Origin: an uncultured Rhodobacterales bacterium
GTDB taxonomy: Bacteria; Pseudomonadota; Alphaproteobacteria; Rhodobacterales; Rhodobacteraceae
Assembly (NCBI GenBank): GCA_964587905.1
Contig: CAZPOK010000001.1
Span: 1 to 49,431 of the forward strand
DNA length: 49,431 bases
Direction: 5' to 3'
Shown here: piece after piece, positions 34,676-43,915 of the stretch
Numbering within the stretch: the stretch's first letter is position 1
Layout: every line of letters starts with the position of its first letter
The notes under the pieces: generated by a model
What the model saw: the letters and a program-made list of their open reading frames with translations, nothing else
What the model was told of the DNA's origin: nothing
The model's database searches: none
Made by a program: the position numbers and the translations under genes

Positions 34676-35752
34676 TCAGCGGTCGTAGCTGACGACGACC
34701 CTGCCGCTCAGCGGGAAGCACTGGCAGGTCAGCACGTAGCCTTGACGCACCTCGTAATCCTCGAGCGCGTGATTGGTGACCATGTCGACCTCACCTTCGA
34801 GAACCATGGCCCGGCAGGTGGAGCAGACCCCGGCCTTGCAGGCGAAGGGGGCATCCAGATCGTTGTCGAGCGCCGCATCGAGCAGGCTCCGCCCCTCCTT
34901 GGGCATCCGGAAAGTCCGCGTCGTCCCGTCGAGCGTAACGCTGGCCTCGGCCGTCGCCCCCGCCTCGGCGGCATGCTTGCTGACGACGGGTCTGGCCGCC
35001 CGGCCCGGCTGGCTGGAGGCGAAGAGCTCGAACTTGATCTGCTCATCGGACAGCCCGTGCGCCCTGAGCGCCTTCGCGATCGCGAGCATCATCGGCTCGG
35101 GCCCACAGATGAAGGCGGCATCCACAGTTTCCGGGTCCACCCAGGTGCGGAACAGCAACTCCACCTTCTTCTCGTCCACACGGCCGGAGAAGAGGTCGAT
35201 TTCCTGAGCCTCGTGTTCGAGCACATGCAACACGGCGAAGCGGCCGAGATAGCTGTTCTTCAGGTCCTCGATCTCCTCGCGGAACATGATCGAACTGACC
35301 TGCCGGTTTGCGTAGACCAGCGTGAACTGGCTCCCGGGCTCGCGCGCGAGCACGGTCTTGATGATCGACAGGACCGGCGTGATGCCCGATCCGCCGGCGA
35401 AGCCCAGGTAGTGCCTGCCCTTCCCGGCGTCGAGCGGCATGTGGAAGCTGCCCATCGGCGGCATCGCCTCGAGCGTCGCGCCAGGCGCGAGCGCCTCGTT
35501 GGCCCAGGTCGAGAACGCGCCGCCCTCGACCCGCTTTATGCCCACCCGCAGGACCCCGTCGTCCTTGCCCGCGCAGATCGAGTAGCTGCGCCGCAGCTCT
35601 TCACCATCGAAGTCGCGGCGGAAGGTCAGATACTGGCCTTGCTTGAAGTCGAACTTGGCCGCGTCTTCGTCGCTCGGCCGCAGGGTCACCACCACGGCGT
35701 CGCGGGTGTCGCGCCGCACGTCGGTGACTTCGAGAGGGTGGAAACGCGTCAT
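34676..35752 (-). CDS. paaE: Phenylacetyl-CoA epoxidase reductase subunit (PaaE)
   Basis: Start ATG 35752 (MTRFHPLEV..., GAGGA upstream) gives 358 aa. It has an FNR-like domain (RSYSI, GGSGITP) and a C-terminal plant-type 2Fe-2S motif (CKAGVCSTCRA). Confidence 0.85.
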   Translation of the reverse strand: MTRFHPLEVTDVRRDTRDAVVVTLRPSDEDAAKFDFKQGQYLTFRRDFDGEELRRSYSICAGKDDGVLRVGIKRVEGGAFSTWANEALAPGATLEAMPPMGSFHMPLDAGKGRHYLGFAGGSGITPVLSIIKTVLAREPGSQFTLVYANRQVSSIMFREEIEDLKNSYLGRFAVLHVLEHEAQEIDLFSGRVDEKKVELLFRTWVDPETVDAAFICGPEPMMLAIAKALRAHGLSDEQIKFELFASSQPGRAARPVVSKHAAEAGATAEASVTLDGTTRTFRMPKEGRSLLDAALDNDLDAPFACKAGVCSTCRAMVLEGEVDMVTNHALEDYEVRQGYVLTCQCFPLSGRVVVSYDR

Positions 35753-35759
35753 CACGTCC

Positions 35760-36284
35760 TCAGATGCATTTGAAGTAGTCGAAGGGTTCCAGGCAGACAT
35801 TGCACTGGTAGCTGGACTTGCAGGGGGTGGAGCCGAACTGGCTCACCTTCCGGGTGTCGGTAGCGCCGCAGCGCGGGCATTCGATCACGAGGTTCGACGT
35901 GCCGGCGAGCTTCCCGATCCTGCCGGCGAGCCGCCCGTCGGCGGAGGTTCCGTCCACCGGCGGTGCGATGCCGTAGCCGCGCAACTTCTCCCGGCCTTCC
36001 CTGCTGATCCAGTCCGTGGTCCAGGCCGGTGACAGCTGCCGCTCGAGCCGGAAGTCCTGCAGGCCCTTCTCGCGCAGCTTCGCCTCGATCTCGAAATTGA
36101 TGACACTGGTGGCGGGACAGCCCGAATAGGTCGGCGTCACTGTCACCACCAGCGTGCCGTCATCATATCCGACGTCGCGGATGATGCCGAGTTCGGTGAG
36201 CGAAATGACCGGAATTTCCGGATCCGGCACTTCGCCCAGCCAGCGCCACACCTCGTCGGTGGAGGGCAGAGTGGTCGTGGACAT
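35760..36284 (-). CDS. paaD: Phenylacetyl-CoA epoxidase subunit PaaD
   Basis: 174 aa. It has a DUF59-like N-domain (VPDPEIPVISLTELGI) and C-terminal Cys pairs (CPRCG, CNVC). Confidence 0.8.
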   Translation of the reverse strand: MSTTTLPSTDEVWRWLGEVPDPEIPVISLTELGIIRDVGYDDGTLVVTVTPTYSGCPATSVINFEIEAKLREKGLQDFRLERQLSPAWTTDWISREGREKLRGYGIAPPVDGTSADGRLAGRIGKLAGTSNLVIECPRCGATDTRKVSQFGSTPCKSSYQCNVCLEPFDYFKCI

Positions 36285-36296
36285 GGGTCCGCTCCT

Positions 36297-37073
36297 CTAC
36301 CAGGTTGCGCCCGGATAGGCGCGCTGGAGAAACTGCATCTCGGCGAGGATGAAGCCCAGATGCTCCGTATGGATGCCGCGCTTGCCGCCCTTTTGGGCGT
36401 AGCCGTGCTCCGGCTTGTGCAGTGTCGCCTGACGCAGCACCTCGGTCACCGTCGCCTCCCAGGTGTCCTTCAGGTCGCTCGGGTCGGGCGCTATGCCCGC
36501 CGCGGCGACAGCGCGGTCGTGATCGTCGGCGACGAACATCTCGCCGGTATAGGGCCAGCAATCGTCGAGCGCGTCCTGCATCCGGCGATGGCTTTCGGCC
36601 GTGCCGTCGCCAAGCCGGACCACGAGGTCGGCGGACCGTTCCAGATGGTAGGCCACCTCCTTGATCGCCTTGCCGGCGATCTCGGCGACACGCGCGTCGG
36701 AGGACCGGACCAGCCGCGACAGCATCTCGTGATGCCAGACATCGAACAGGAACTGCCGCATCAGCGTCTGGCCGAAATCGCCGTTGGGCCGCTCGACCAG
36801 CAGCAGGTTGCGAAAGCCCGACGCATCGCGCAGATAGGCGAAGTCATCGGCGCTGCGGCCCTTGCCCTCGACCTCTCCGGCGAGGCCAAGCCACATCTGG
36901 GTCTGCCCGATCAGATCGAGCGCCAGGTTGGCCAGCGCGATGTCCTCTTCCAGCACCGGCGACTTGCCGCACCATTCCGAAAGTCGGTGGCCGAGGATGA
37001 GGCTGTTGTCCCCCATCCGAAGGAGGAATTCGGTCAGGGCGGCCCGGTCGACCGCTGTCTCTGTCTCTGCCAT
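36297..37073 (-). CDS. paaC: Phenylacetyl-CoA epoxidase structural subunit PaaC
   Basis: Start ATG 37073 ([34 protein letters not shown]...) overlaps the paaB stop by 1 nt. 258 aa, ferritin-like. Confidence 0.85.
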   Translation of the reverse strand: MAETETAVDRAALTEFLLRMGDNSLILGHRLSEWCGKSPVLEEDIALANLALDLIGQTQMWLGLAGEVEGKGRSADDFAYLRDASGFRNLLLVERPNGDFGQTLMRQFLFDVWHHEMLSRLVRSSDARVAEIAGKAIKEVAYHLERSADLVVRLGDGTAESHRRMQDALDDCWPYTGEMFVADDHDRAVAAAGIAPDPSDLKDTWEATVTEVLRQATLHKPEHGYAQKGGKRGIHTEHLGFILAEMQFLQRAYPGATW

Positions 37074-37414
37074 CACATGTGCCCCACTTCGTCGGGAATG
37101 TCGAAAAAGCTGGGATGCCGGTAGACCTTGCTGTTCGAGGGCTCGAACAGGGGTCCCTTCTCGCTCGGGCTCGAGGCCGCGATGTGGTCGGACTTTACCG
37201 CCCAGATGCTCACGCCCTCGTTGCGCCGGGTGTAGACGTCGCGGGCGTTGCGGATCGCCATCTCGGCATCCGGGGCATGCAGGCTGCCGACATGGCGATG
37301 GTTCAGCCCGTGCTGGCCGCGGATGAAGATCTCCCACAACGGCCATTCGGACCGCTTGGTCTTTTCCTTCGGCTCGGGCGTGTCGGGATAGGGAGAGGAA
37401 CTGACAGAGCTCAT
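37073..37414 (-). CDS. paaB: Phenylacetyl-CoA epoxidase subunit PaaB
   Basis: 113 aa, with [27 protein letters not shown] typical of PaaB. It forms an ATGA overlap with paaA. Confidence 0.85.
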   Translation of the reverse strand: MSSVSSSPYPDTPEPKEKTKRSEWPLWEIFIRGQHGLNHRHVGSLHAPDAEMAIRNARDVYTRRNEGVSIWAVKSDHIAASSPSEKGPLFEPSNSKVYRHPSFFDIPDEVGHM

Positions 37415-38397
37415 TCTGCGGCCACCTTCGCGTTTGCGTGCTTCTCGGCATGGGCCATCAGGCCATCACGGAACCATGCGCCCTCTTCCCATGCGCGGAT
37501 GCGCGTCTCCATGCGCTCCTTGTTGCACGGACCGTTTCCCTTGATGACCTCGAAGAACTCCGACCAGTCCGGCTCGGTGAAGTCGTAACCGCCCTTTTCC
37601 TCGTTCCACTTCAGGTCAGGGTCGGGGATGGTCAGGCCCAGATACTCGGCCTGCGGCACCGTCTGGTCGACGAATTTCTGCCGCAGCTCGTCATTGGTAT
37701 TGATCTTGATCTTCCAGGCCATCGACTGCGCGGAGTGTACGCTGTCCTTGTCCGACGGCCCGAACATCATCAGCGACGGGTACCAGAAGCGGTCGAGCGC
37801 GTCCTGCGCCATCGCCCGCTGCTCCGGCGTGCCCTGCGCCATCTTCATCATGATGTCGTAGCCCTGCCGCTGGTGGAAGCTCTCTTCCTTGCAGATGCGG
37901 ATCATCGCACGGCTGTAGGGCCCGTAGGAGGTGCGTTGCAGCGGCACCTGGTTCATGATCGCCGCGCCGTCCACGAGCCACCCGACCGCGCCGATGTCGG
38001 CCCAGGACAGGGTCGGATAGTTGAAGATCGACGAGTACTTCATGTTGCCCGAGTGCAGCTTCTCGATCAACTCGTCGCGGCTGACGCCCAATGTCTCGGC
38101 CGAACAGTAGAGGTAGAGACCGTGGCCCGCCTCGTCCTGCACCTTCGCCAGCAGGATCGCCTTGCGCTCCAGCGTCGGCGCGCGGCTGATCCAGTTGCCC
38201 TCCGGCAGCTGGCCCACGACCTCGGAATGGGCGTGCTGGCCGATCTGGCGGATCAGGGTCTTGCGGTACCCCTCGGGCATCCATTCCTTGGGCTCGATCT
38301 TCTCGTCGCGGTCCACCCGCGCCTGGAAGGCGCGCTCTTCGGCCGTCATCTCCTCGGGAGGCTTCAGGCCGTCCGATTTCACCAGTTGAGCATACAT
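37411..38397 (-). CDS. paaA: Phenylacetyl-CoA epoxidase catalytic subunit PaaA
   Basis: Start ATG 38397 (MYAQLVKSD..., GAGGGAGGA upstream) gives 328 aa. The diiron ExxH motifs are DEAGH and EESFH. Confidence 0.85.
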   Translation of the reverse strand: MYAQLVKSDGLKPPEEMTAEERAFQARVDRDEKIEPKEWMPEGYRKTLIRQIGQHAHSEVVGQLPEGNWISRAPTLERKAILLAKVQDEAGHGLYLYCSAETLGVSRDELIEKLHSGNMKYSSIFNYPTLSWADIGAVGWLVDGAAIMNQVPLQRTSYGPYSRAMIRICKEESFHQRQGYDIMMKMAQGTPEQRAMAQDALDRFWYPSLMMFGPSDKDSVHSAQSMAWKIKINTNDELRQKFVDQTVPQAEYLGLTIPDPDLKWNEEKGGYDFTEPDWSEFFEVIKGNGPCNKERMETRIRAWEEGAWFRDGLMAHAEKHANAKVAAE

Positions 38398-38417
38398 TCC
38401 GGGTCCTCCCTCAGTGT

Positions 38418-39623
38418 TCAGACACATTCGATGATGGTGGCGATGCCCTGCCCCACGCCCACGCACATCATGCAGAGCGCATAGCGCCCCCCGGTGCGAT
38501 GAAGCTGGTACATGGCTGTGGTCACAAGCCGTCCGCCGGACATGCCGAGCGGGTGGCCGATGGCGATGGCGCCGCCGTTGGGGTTCACGTGCGCCGCGTC
38601 GTCGGGCAACCCCAGGTCGCGCAGGACGGCAAGCGCCTGGCTCGCGAAGGCCTCGTTGAGTTCGATCACGTCCATGTCCTCGACGCGCAGCCCCGCGAGC
38701 TTGAGTGCCTTGCGCGCCGCCGGGACCGGCCCCACGCCCATGATCCGCGGCTCGACGCCCGCCGCGGCCATCGCGACAATCCGCGCCCGGGGCGTCAGCC
38801 CGCCCGCCTTGGCGGCCTCTTCGGAGGCGATGATGGAGGCGCAGGCGCCGTCGTTGACGCCGGATGCGTTGCCCGCCGTCACCGACAGGTTGGGGCCGTT
38901 CACCCCCTTCAGCGTCGCCAGCTTGTCGACCGTCGTGCCCGGGCGCGGATGCTCGTCAGTGTCGACGACGACCGGGTCGCCCCTGCGCTGCGGCACGGTG
39001 ACGGGGACGATCTCGTCCCGGAAGACGCCGGCGTCCTGCGCGGCAGCCCAGCGTGCCTGGCTCCGCGCGGCGAAAGCGTCCTGGTCTTCCCGGCTCACCC
39101 CGAAGTCCGCGGCCACGTTGTCGCCGGTCTCGGGCATAGAATCGATGCCGAATTGCTTGACCATTCTGGGGTTCGGAAAACGCCAGCCGATCGTGGTGTC
39201 GTAGATCTCTGCCCTGCGCGAGAATGCCGTCTCGGCCTTGCCCATCACGAACGGCGCACGGCTCATGCTTTCGACGCCGCCGGCGAGCATCAAGGCCGCA
39301 TCGCCCGCGCGGATGGCGCGCGCCGCCTGACCCATCGCATCCATCGCTGAGCCGCAGAGACGGTTGATGGTCGTGCCCGGAACCGAAACGGGCAACCCGG
39401 CGAGCAGCAGCGCCATGCGTCCGACGTTGCGATTGTCTTCGCCTGCCTGATTGGCGCAGCCGTAGATCAGATCGTCCACCTGCGCCCAGTCCACGGCCGG
39501 GTTGCGCTCCATCAGCGCCTTTAGCGGGATCGCCCCGAGATCATCGGCGCGGATCGAGGACAGAGCGCCTCCGTAGCGGCCGACCGGTGTGCGAACTGCA
39601 TCGCAGATGAATGCGTCGGGCAT
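38418..39623 (-). CDS. paaJ: 3-oxoadipyl-CoA / 3-oxo-5,6-dehydrosuberyl-CoA thiolase (PaaJ)
   Basis: Start ATG 39623 ([26 protein letters not shown] upstream) gives 401 aa. It has the thiolase active-site region [10 protein letters not shown] and the C-terminal CVGVGQGIA. Confidence 0.85.
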   Translation of the reverse strand: MPDAFICDAVRTPVGRYGGALSSIRADDLGAIPLKALMERNPAVDWAQVDDLIYGCANQAGEDNRNVGRMALLLAGLPVSVPGTTINRLCGSAMDAMGQAARAIRAGDAALMLAGGVESMSRAPFVMGKAETAFSRRAEIYDTTIGWRFPNPRMVKQFGIDSMPETGDNVAADFGVSREDQDAFAARSQARWAAAQDAGVFRDEIVPVTVPQRRGDPVVVDTDEHPRPGTTVDKLATLKGVNGPNLSVTAGNASGVNDGACASIIASEEAAKAGGLTPRARIVAMAAAGVEPRIMGVGPVPAARKALKLAGLRVEDMDVIELNEAFASQALAVLRDLGLPDDAAHVNPNGGAIAIGHPLGMSGGRLVTTAMYQLHRTGGRYALCMMCVGVGQGIATIIECV

Positions 39624-39649
39624 CAGGCTCCTCCCCTGTTCACTCCCGG

Positions 39650-39669
39650 ACGGTCGATTGATCGACCAT
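39650..39669. promoter_or_regulatory. Near-perfect palindrome ACGGTCGAT-TG-ATCGACCAT between the putative paaJ -10 element and the paaJ SD
   Basis: Read directly. The core GGTCGAT-TG-ATCGACC is at 39652..39667 and a further GGTCAG lies 5 nt away. It shares the half-site GGTC(A/G)(A/G)T with the paaN/paaG spacer site. Confidence 0.45.
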
Positions 39670-39688
39670 TCGGTCAGCGTATAGCGCG

Positions 39689-39735
39689 AAAGCGTCACGC
39701 TTGGAAGGATTATTTGGAGTAAAGCGTGACGCTTT
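39689..39735. promoter_or_regulatory. Two copies of the palindrome AAAGCGT-N-ACGCTT(T), centres 32 bp apart, upstream of paaJ
   Basis: AAAGCGTCACGCTT is at 39689..39702 and AAAGCGTGACGCTTT is at 39721..39735. The proximal copy fills the spacer of a possible minus-strand promoter TTCCAA(39706..39701)-N17-TATACG(39683..39678). Confidence 0.45.
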
Positions 39736-39785
39736 GTAGGGGTTGCGTCCGGAATTTTTCCGATGGCGGGGGATTGCGGCGCTCC

Positions 39786-40718
39786 TCAAGCCCCCGAGGA
39801 TGCCCTGAGGGAAGCCTCGAGCGCGGCCAGCCGGCCACGGCTGGCCGCGGTCTGGACCGACAGCGGGCCACCGGCCCCCGAGAATGCCGCACCGACATGC
39901 GATTCGGCGGCTTCGGACAGCTTCAGATAGAGCCGCGCAAACAGTGTCCCCGCGGACCGCCCGGGCCAGTCCGCGGGCAGGCACGCGGACGGCAGGTGGG
40001 GATCGCGCAGCACCGCGGCCCGGTAGGCGTGCACCATGAGCAGCCGCGCCACGAGACGCTCGCGGCCGTTGAAACTGCGTATGGCCTCCTCCAAGGGCGC
40101 AAACCGCCCGAGGAAGCTTTCGTAAGCGGCCCTGTGACGCTCCAGCTCCCAGGTCTGCGCCGCGAAGGTGCGCAACGCCGCTTCTCCTTCGTTCGGAAAG
40201 GCACGCAGACGCATCGAGCAGGCGCCGCCGACGTCCCGGTCGGGTCCCACCATCAGCCCACGCCCGACCGTCACGAACCCGGCCGCCTGGAGACGCACCA
40301 CAGCCTCGGCGTCGCGCGGCATCACGAACGCGAGCGCGCCGGGCGCCGCTTCCGGCTCGAAGAGCAGCCGCGCGGCGGCGGCGAACTCCCGCCGCGCCGC
40401 GGACGTCAGCCGGTAATAGCTCCGCCGCCCGATACGCTCGCCACTGAGTTGCCCGGCCGCGACAAGCCGAGAGACGGCCGTGCGCACCAGTGTTTCGCTG
40501 AGCCCGACATCCCCGCAGATCTCGATCAGCGTTCCCATCCACAGCACACCGCCGCGCGGCTCCACCACGTCTCCGTAGACCGTCACGATGAAGCTCGCCG
40601 CACGCAGCGGCTCCCAGCCGGCCAGCGCCTCGAGCATCTCCCCCGTGTTGCCGCCCCGCACGTCTTCCTGCCGCACCCTATGCCTCGATCCGCCGCTACC
40701 GGACAAAGCGCCTATCAC
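39786..40718 (-). CDS. paaX: PaaX-type phenylacetyl-CoA-responsive repressor
   Basis: SFIVTVYGDVVEPRGGVLWMGTLIEICGDVGLSETLVRTAVSRLVAAGQLSGERIGRRSYYRLT matches the PaaX winged-helix N-domain. The start is uncertain: GTG 40718, GTG 40676 (GAGG upstream) or ATG 40637. Confidence 0.8.
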   Translation of the reverse strand: MIGALSGSGGSRHRVRQEDVRGGNTGEMLEALAGWEPLRAASFIVTVYGDVVEPRGGVLWMGTLIEICGDVGLSETLVRTAVSRLVAAGQLSGERIGRRSYYRLTSAARREFAAAARLLFEPEAAPGALAFVMPRDAEAVVRLQAAGFVTVGRGLMVGPDRDVGGACSMRLRAFPNEGEAALRTFAAQTWELERHRAAYESFLGRFAPLEEAIRSFNGRERLVARLLMVHAYRAAVLRDPHLPSACLPADWPGRSAGTLFARLYLKLSEAAESHVGAAFSGAGGPLSVQTAASRGRLAALEASLRASSGA

Positions 40719-40918
40719 GTTTCGACGGCCGCCGCACCGCTCCTCGGAGATCCTCGTCCTCGGCGATTATCAGGGGCTCCATGTCCTACCGGTTTGATCG
40801 TGTCGCGACCCCTCGTCGTCGCGCGGCTCCGGCCGCCGTCGGCTCAGGGCTGACAAGGACGATCGACCCGAGCGCCACAAGCGTCCGCGGCGTCTCGTCT
40901 TGAACCGGCATGCCAGTG

Positions 40919-42505
40919 TCATCGCCGGGCGCCGGAGACCTCGTCGACGAGGTCTGGAACGATCTGCCGAAGGCTGTCCGGCACGACCGCATCACCGAAG
41001 CGGCCGAGGAAGAGGCGAAGCGGCGCCCGTATCGAATTCTCACGCATCTGAGGCTTCCGGAAGAGGCGGGTGGAGACGTAGGTGAAGTGCATCAGCAACG
41101 CTCGGGCTCTTTTCCGGGTGAGTGCCATGCTCAGCGCCCTGGCGCGGAACGACGGCTTGAAGGGGTCGGTGAAGGCCGGCTCGAAGAGCACCGTCGCCGG
41201 GCGCACCTTGTAGAGTTCCTTGCGGGTTCGGGCGAGTTCGTCCCAGTGTCCCGCCGCGGCAAGCGCCTGGCACTTCATGAACAACGTGTAGACCTGAAAC
41301 TCGGATCCGTAGGCGGCAAGACGTGCCGCCTGCTCGAGGCAGCCGATCGCTTCGTCGGTGCGTCCGGTGAAAGAGCGCATCTGGCCCACGATGGCCAGCG
41401 ACGAGGCAATGGCGGTGCTCGCCCGCAATCCTTCCTCCGCCATCTCGACCGCGAGATCGTCGTAGCCCCGATCGAGAAAGAAGAGCAGCTTCGCCGCCAT
41501 GATCGAAGTCGACGGATCTTGCAGGATATGTGGAAGCGCCGACAGGACGAGGGTCTCGATCCTGTCCTCGTCCGCCTTGCACGTCGCTTTGCCCGACTGG
41601 AAAAGATCATGCCCGAGCAGGATGTATTTCGAATGCAGGTGCGTGGCGTAGAAGAGCTTGAGCGTGGGATCCTCGGGGTCTGCGTGCAAGAGGCGCTTCA
41701 GCTTCAGGTCATTGCGTTTCCACGACGCGTTCTCGCCCACCGGCAGCCCTGCGGCATCATGCATCGCCACAGGAAGCGGAGACTCCAGCGACGTGGCGAC
41801 GACCGACCGCCAGATCTGCCCCAGCAGGACGTGAGCCACTTCCGCGGCGGTGTGACGAAGGCCGGCTCGGGTGGGCGAGGTGTCGAGGCGGTTTCGCGCG
41901 ACGCCGAGCACACTGCCGCTGGGCGCGGCGCGCGCGGTCAGGATGCATTCGAGCTGGTTCGCCTCGGTGAAGAACGTGAATTCGATCGACTGCTTCTGCC
42001 GGGGCGAAGGCCTCCCAACCGACAGGATGGGATCGGGGACGAAGGCAGCGCTTCCCCCGTTGGGCAGGTCCGACCGGACGGCGTCGAAGAATTCTTCGGC
42101 GAAGCGTCGGGCGAGTGGCGCGAGGTCGCCGATGCCGTCCAGACCGCGGAGCGGCCCGACTAGGATCTCGGCATCCGGAGGTTCGTCGCTCGCGGTGCGA
42201 TGGATCCAGATGTACCCCTCGCCATATCTCGTTGCGATGAACCTCGGCTGCTTCGGGCCGTCCCCGAGCTTTCGCCGGAGTCGGCTGATGGTATAATCGA
42301 TGTTGCGATCGCTCTTGTCTGAGCCCTCTCCCGAAACGGCGTCGAGCAGCTGATTGCGCGTGAGGAGCCGGCCCGGGCTTCGGGACATCAGCCGGAGGAT
42401 GCGCGACTCCGCCCGCGTGAACGAGATCTCCGTTCCGTCGTCGCGCCGGGCGCTCGTGAAGTCGGGGCTGAACGCGATCTGGCGAAAGGTCTGATGCTCG
42501 TTCAT
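40919..42505 (-). CDS. Orphan OmpR/PhoB-type winged-helix DNA-binding protein fused to a large helical (TPR-like) C-terminal domain; no receiver domain
   Basis: Start ATG 42505 (MNEHQTFRQIAF..., GAGGAGG upstream) gives 528 aa. The N-terminal trans_reg_C-like segment is FTRAESRILRLMSRSPGRLLTRNQLLDAV...DRNIDYTISRLRRKLGD...IATRYGEGYIW. The remainder is helical repeat-like with no TM segment. The GC content is lower than that of neighbouring genes. Confidence 0.7.
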   Translation of the reverse strand: MNEHQTFRQIAFSPDFTSARRDDGTEISFTRAESRILRLMSRSPGRLLTRNQLLDAVSGEGSDKSDRNIDYTISRLRRKLGDGPKQPRFIATRYGEGYIWIHRTASDEPPDAEILVGPLRGLDGIGDLAPLARRFAEEFFDAVRSDLPNGGSAAFVPDPILSVGRPSPRQKQSIEFTFFTEANQLECILTARAAPSGSVLGVARNRLDTSPTRAGLRHTAAEVAHVLLGQIWRSVVATSLESPLPVAMHDAAGLPVGENASWKRNDLKLKRLLHADPEDPTLKLFYATHLHSKYILLGHDLFQSGKATCKADEDRIETLVLSALPHILQDPSTSIMAAKLLFFLDRGYDDLAVEMAEEGLRASTAIASSLAIVGQMRSFTGRTDEAIGCLEQAARLAAYGSEFQVYTLFMKCQALAAAGHWDELARTRKELYKVRPATVLFEPAFTDPFKPSFRARALSMALTRKRARALLMHFTYVSTRLFRKPQMRENSIRAPLRLFLGRFGDAVVPDSLRQIVPDLVDEVSGARR

Positions 42506-42563
42506 CGCCTCCTCGTTTCGACGTGGTTTCCCTGTGTACCTGAGATGAGCAGGACCGACACCT

Positions 42564-43754
42564 TCAGAACCGTATCGCCGCTCGGACCCAGAACCGTGCG
42601 TCATCGTCCCGAGTGATCGCCTGGGAGGGAGCGCGGAACACTTTCGTCGCCGAGATTTCGGTTATCCAGTCCGCGCCCAGCGCGCGCAGGCCGACGGACC
42701 CGCTCGACCAGACGCCCGACGACGACGCGACCAGATCGTTTCCGAGGTTGCGCAGACGTCCTCCGTCGAGTCCGGCGAACGCCTGGAGCCAGTTCACTCC
42801 CAGCTCTCCGCCGGGCCGCGCGTTCGCGGCAAGCTCGATCCGCCCCCCGAGGCACCGGTCGGCCGAGAGTTCCGAAAGATCGAACCCCCGGCTGTAGGAA
42901 TTCGTGCCGAAGCCGCATCTCTGGGACACCGGGAGCGAGTCGTCCGTCCATTGCCCGACGATCCCGGCATTGATCGCGAGGCGGCTCGAGACCGGCAGCG
43001 ATCCTTCCGCGCTCGCCGAATACCTCAGGAAGCTCTCATCGGCGCCCGGTGCGCTTGCGAGGACGCCGGGCGGCATGGATGCGCCATATTCGGCGAGGCC
43101 TGCGCTCACGGCGAACCCCAGCCGGCTCTGAGGTCCGAACGGTCGCCCCGCGCTGCGGCGGATACCCAGAAAGACGCTCTTTGTCGTCTCGTCGAGAAAA
43201 CGCGTGCCGAACGAACGCGCGGCGCTCTGCCGGGCACGCGCCTCGATCACCATGGTGGTGACGACGTGCTCGCGCGCACGCGTCTGGCGGCGCGCGCCGA
43301 ACGCGACCTGCCGCTGGTCTCCCTCGATCGACAAGCTGCCGGTGAGCGGACCGTCGGGGGTGACCGACGCATACCTCGCGTTGAAGTAGAATGTCGTGTC
43401 ACCTGCGCCGGGCCGGACACGGTAGCCGACGCCGGTCGCTCGCAACTCCGTCGTCGGATCCTGTCCCGGTCCGGCGACAACCCCCGACACGTCGAGCTGG
43501 TCGTGGGCCCCGAGGATGCGGGGCTGCGCGACGGTGAAGGAGGAAACCACGGTTCCGACGTCCTCGGAGCCGAAAGTGTCGAGGGTGAAGAAGAACCTGC
43601 GGTGTTCGACGTCCTCGACAAGTGCGGTCGAGCCGCGCTCCACTCCGACCGCGCTCTCGAGGCCCAGCGTCCCGAAGAAGGTCTGGGCCCCAGCGGCGCT
43701 CCCGCCGAACAGGAGCATGTAGCCGGCGATCACGGCCGTCAGATAGCGCTTCAA
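42564..43754 (-). CDS. Outer-membrane beta-barrel of the ShlB/FhaC (TpsB, Omp85-superfamily) type lacking POTRA domains
   Basis: 396 aa with a TTG start and GGGAAAG upstream. The signal peptide is MKRYLTAVIAGYMLLFGGSAAGAQT. The barrel-start pattern FTLDTFGSEDVG...GAHDQLDVSG...GVGYRVRPG follows. An L6-like SRGF motif is present. The C-terminal ...FWVRAAIRF ends in an aromatic residue. Confidence 0.6.
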   Translation of the reverse strand: MKRYLTAVIAGYMLLFGGSAAGAQTFFGTLGLESAVGVERGSTALVEDVEHRRFFFTLDTFGSEDVGTVVSSFTVAQPRILGAHDQLDVSGVVAGPGQDPTTELRATGVGYRVRPGAGDTTFYFNARYASVTPDGPLTGSLSIEGDQRQVAFGARRQTRAREHVVTTMVIEARARQSAARSFGTRFLDETTKSVFLGIRRSAGRPFGPQSRLGFAVSAGLAEYGASMPPGVLASAPGADESFLRYSASAEGSLPVSSRLAINAGIVGQWTDDSLPVSQRCGFGTNSYSRGFDLSELSADRCLGGRIELAANARPGGELGVNWLQAFAGLDGGRLRNLGNDLVASSSGVWSSGSVGLRALGADWITEISATKVFRAPSQAITRDDDARFWVRAAIRF

Positions 43755-43884
43755 GGCATCTTTCCCATTGCCGCGGGCAGACCCCGGTCAACGCCGGTGC
43801 CGATTTGCATTTTCCGCAAGCTTGTCGTTAGGTTAGAGGGAAAGCCGGGGAAGGCAAGACCGTTTCCCGCGCGGGCGTGAGGAG

Positions 43885-43915
43885 AAAAAAGGGCCCGGCG
43901 CGGCAGAGCCGGGCC
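43885..43915 (-). terminator. Rho-independent terminator on the minus strand
   Basis: The minus strand reads GGCCCGGC-TCTGCCGC-GCCGGGCC-C-TTTTTT: an 8-bp GC stem, an 8-nt loop and a T6 tract. No annotated minus-strand gene lies upstream of it. Confidence 0.6.

Noticed and set aside
43752-43760. Three-codon uORF ATG-CCT-TGA overlapping the TTG start of the barrel gene
   Set aside because: It could be a chance occurrence. It is too small to evaluate and there is no evidence of function.
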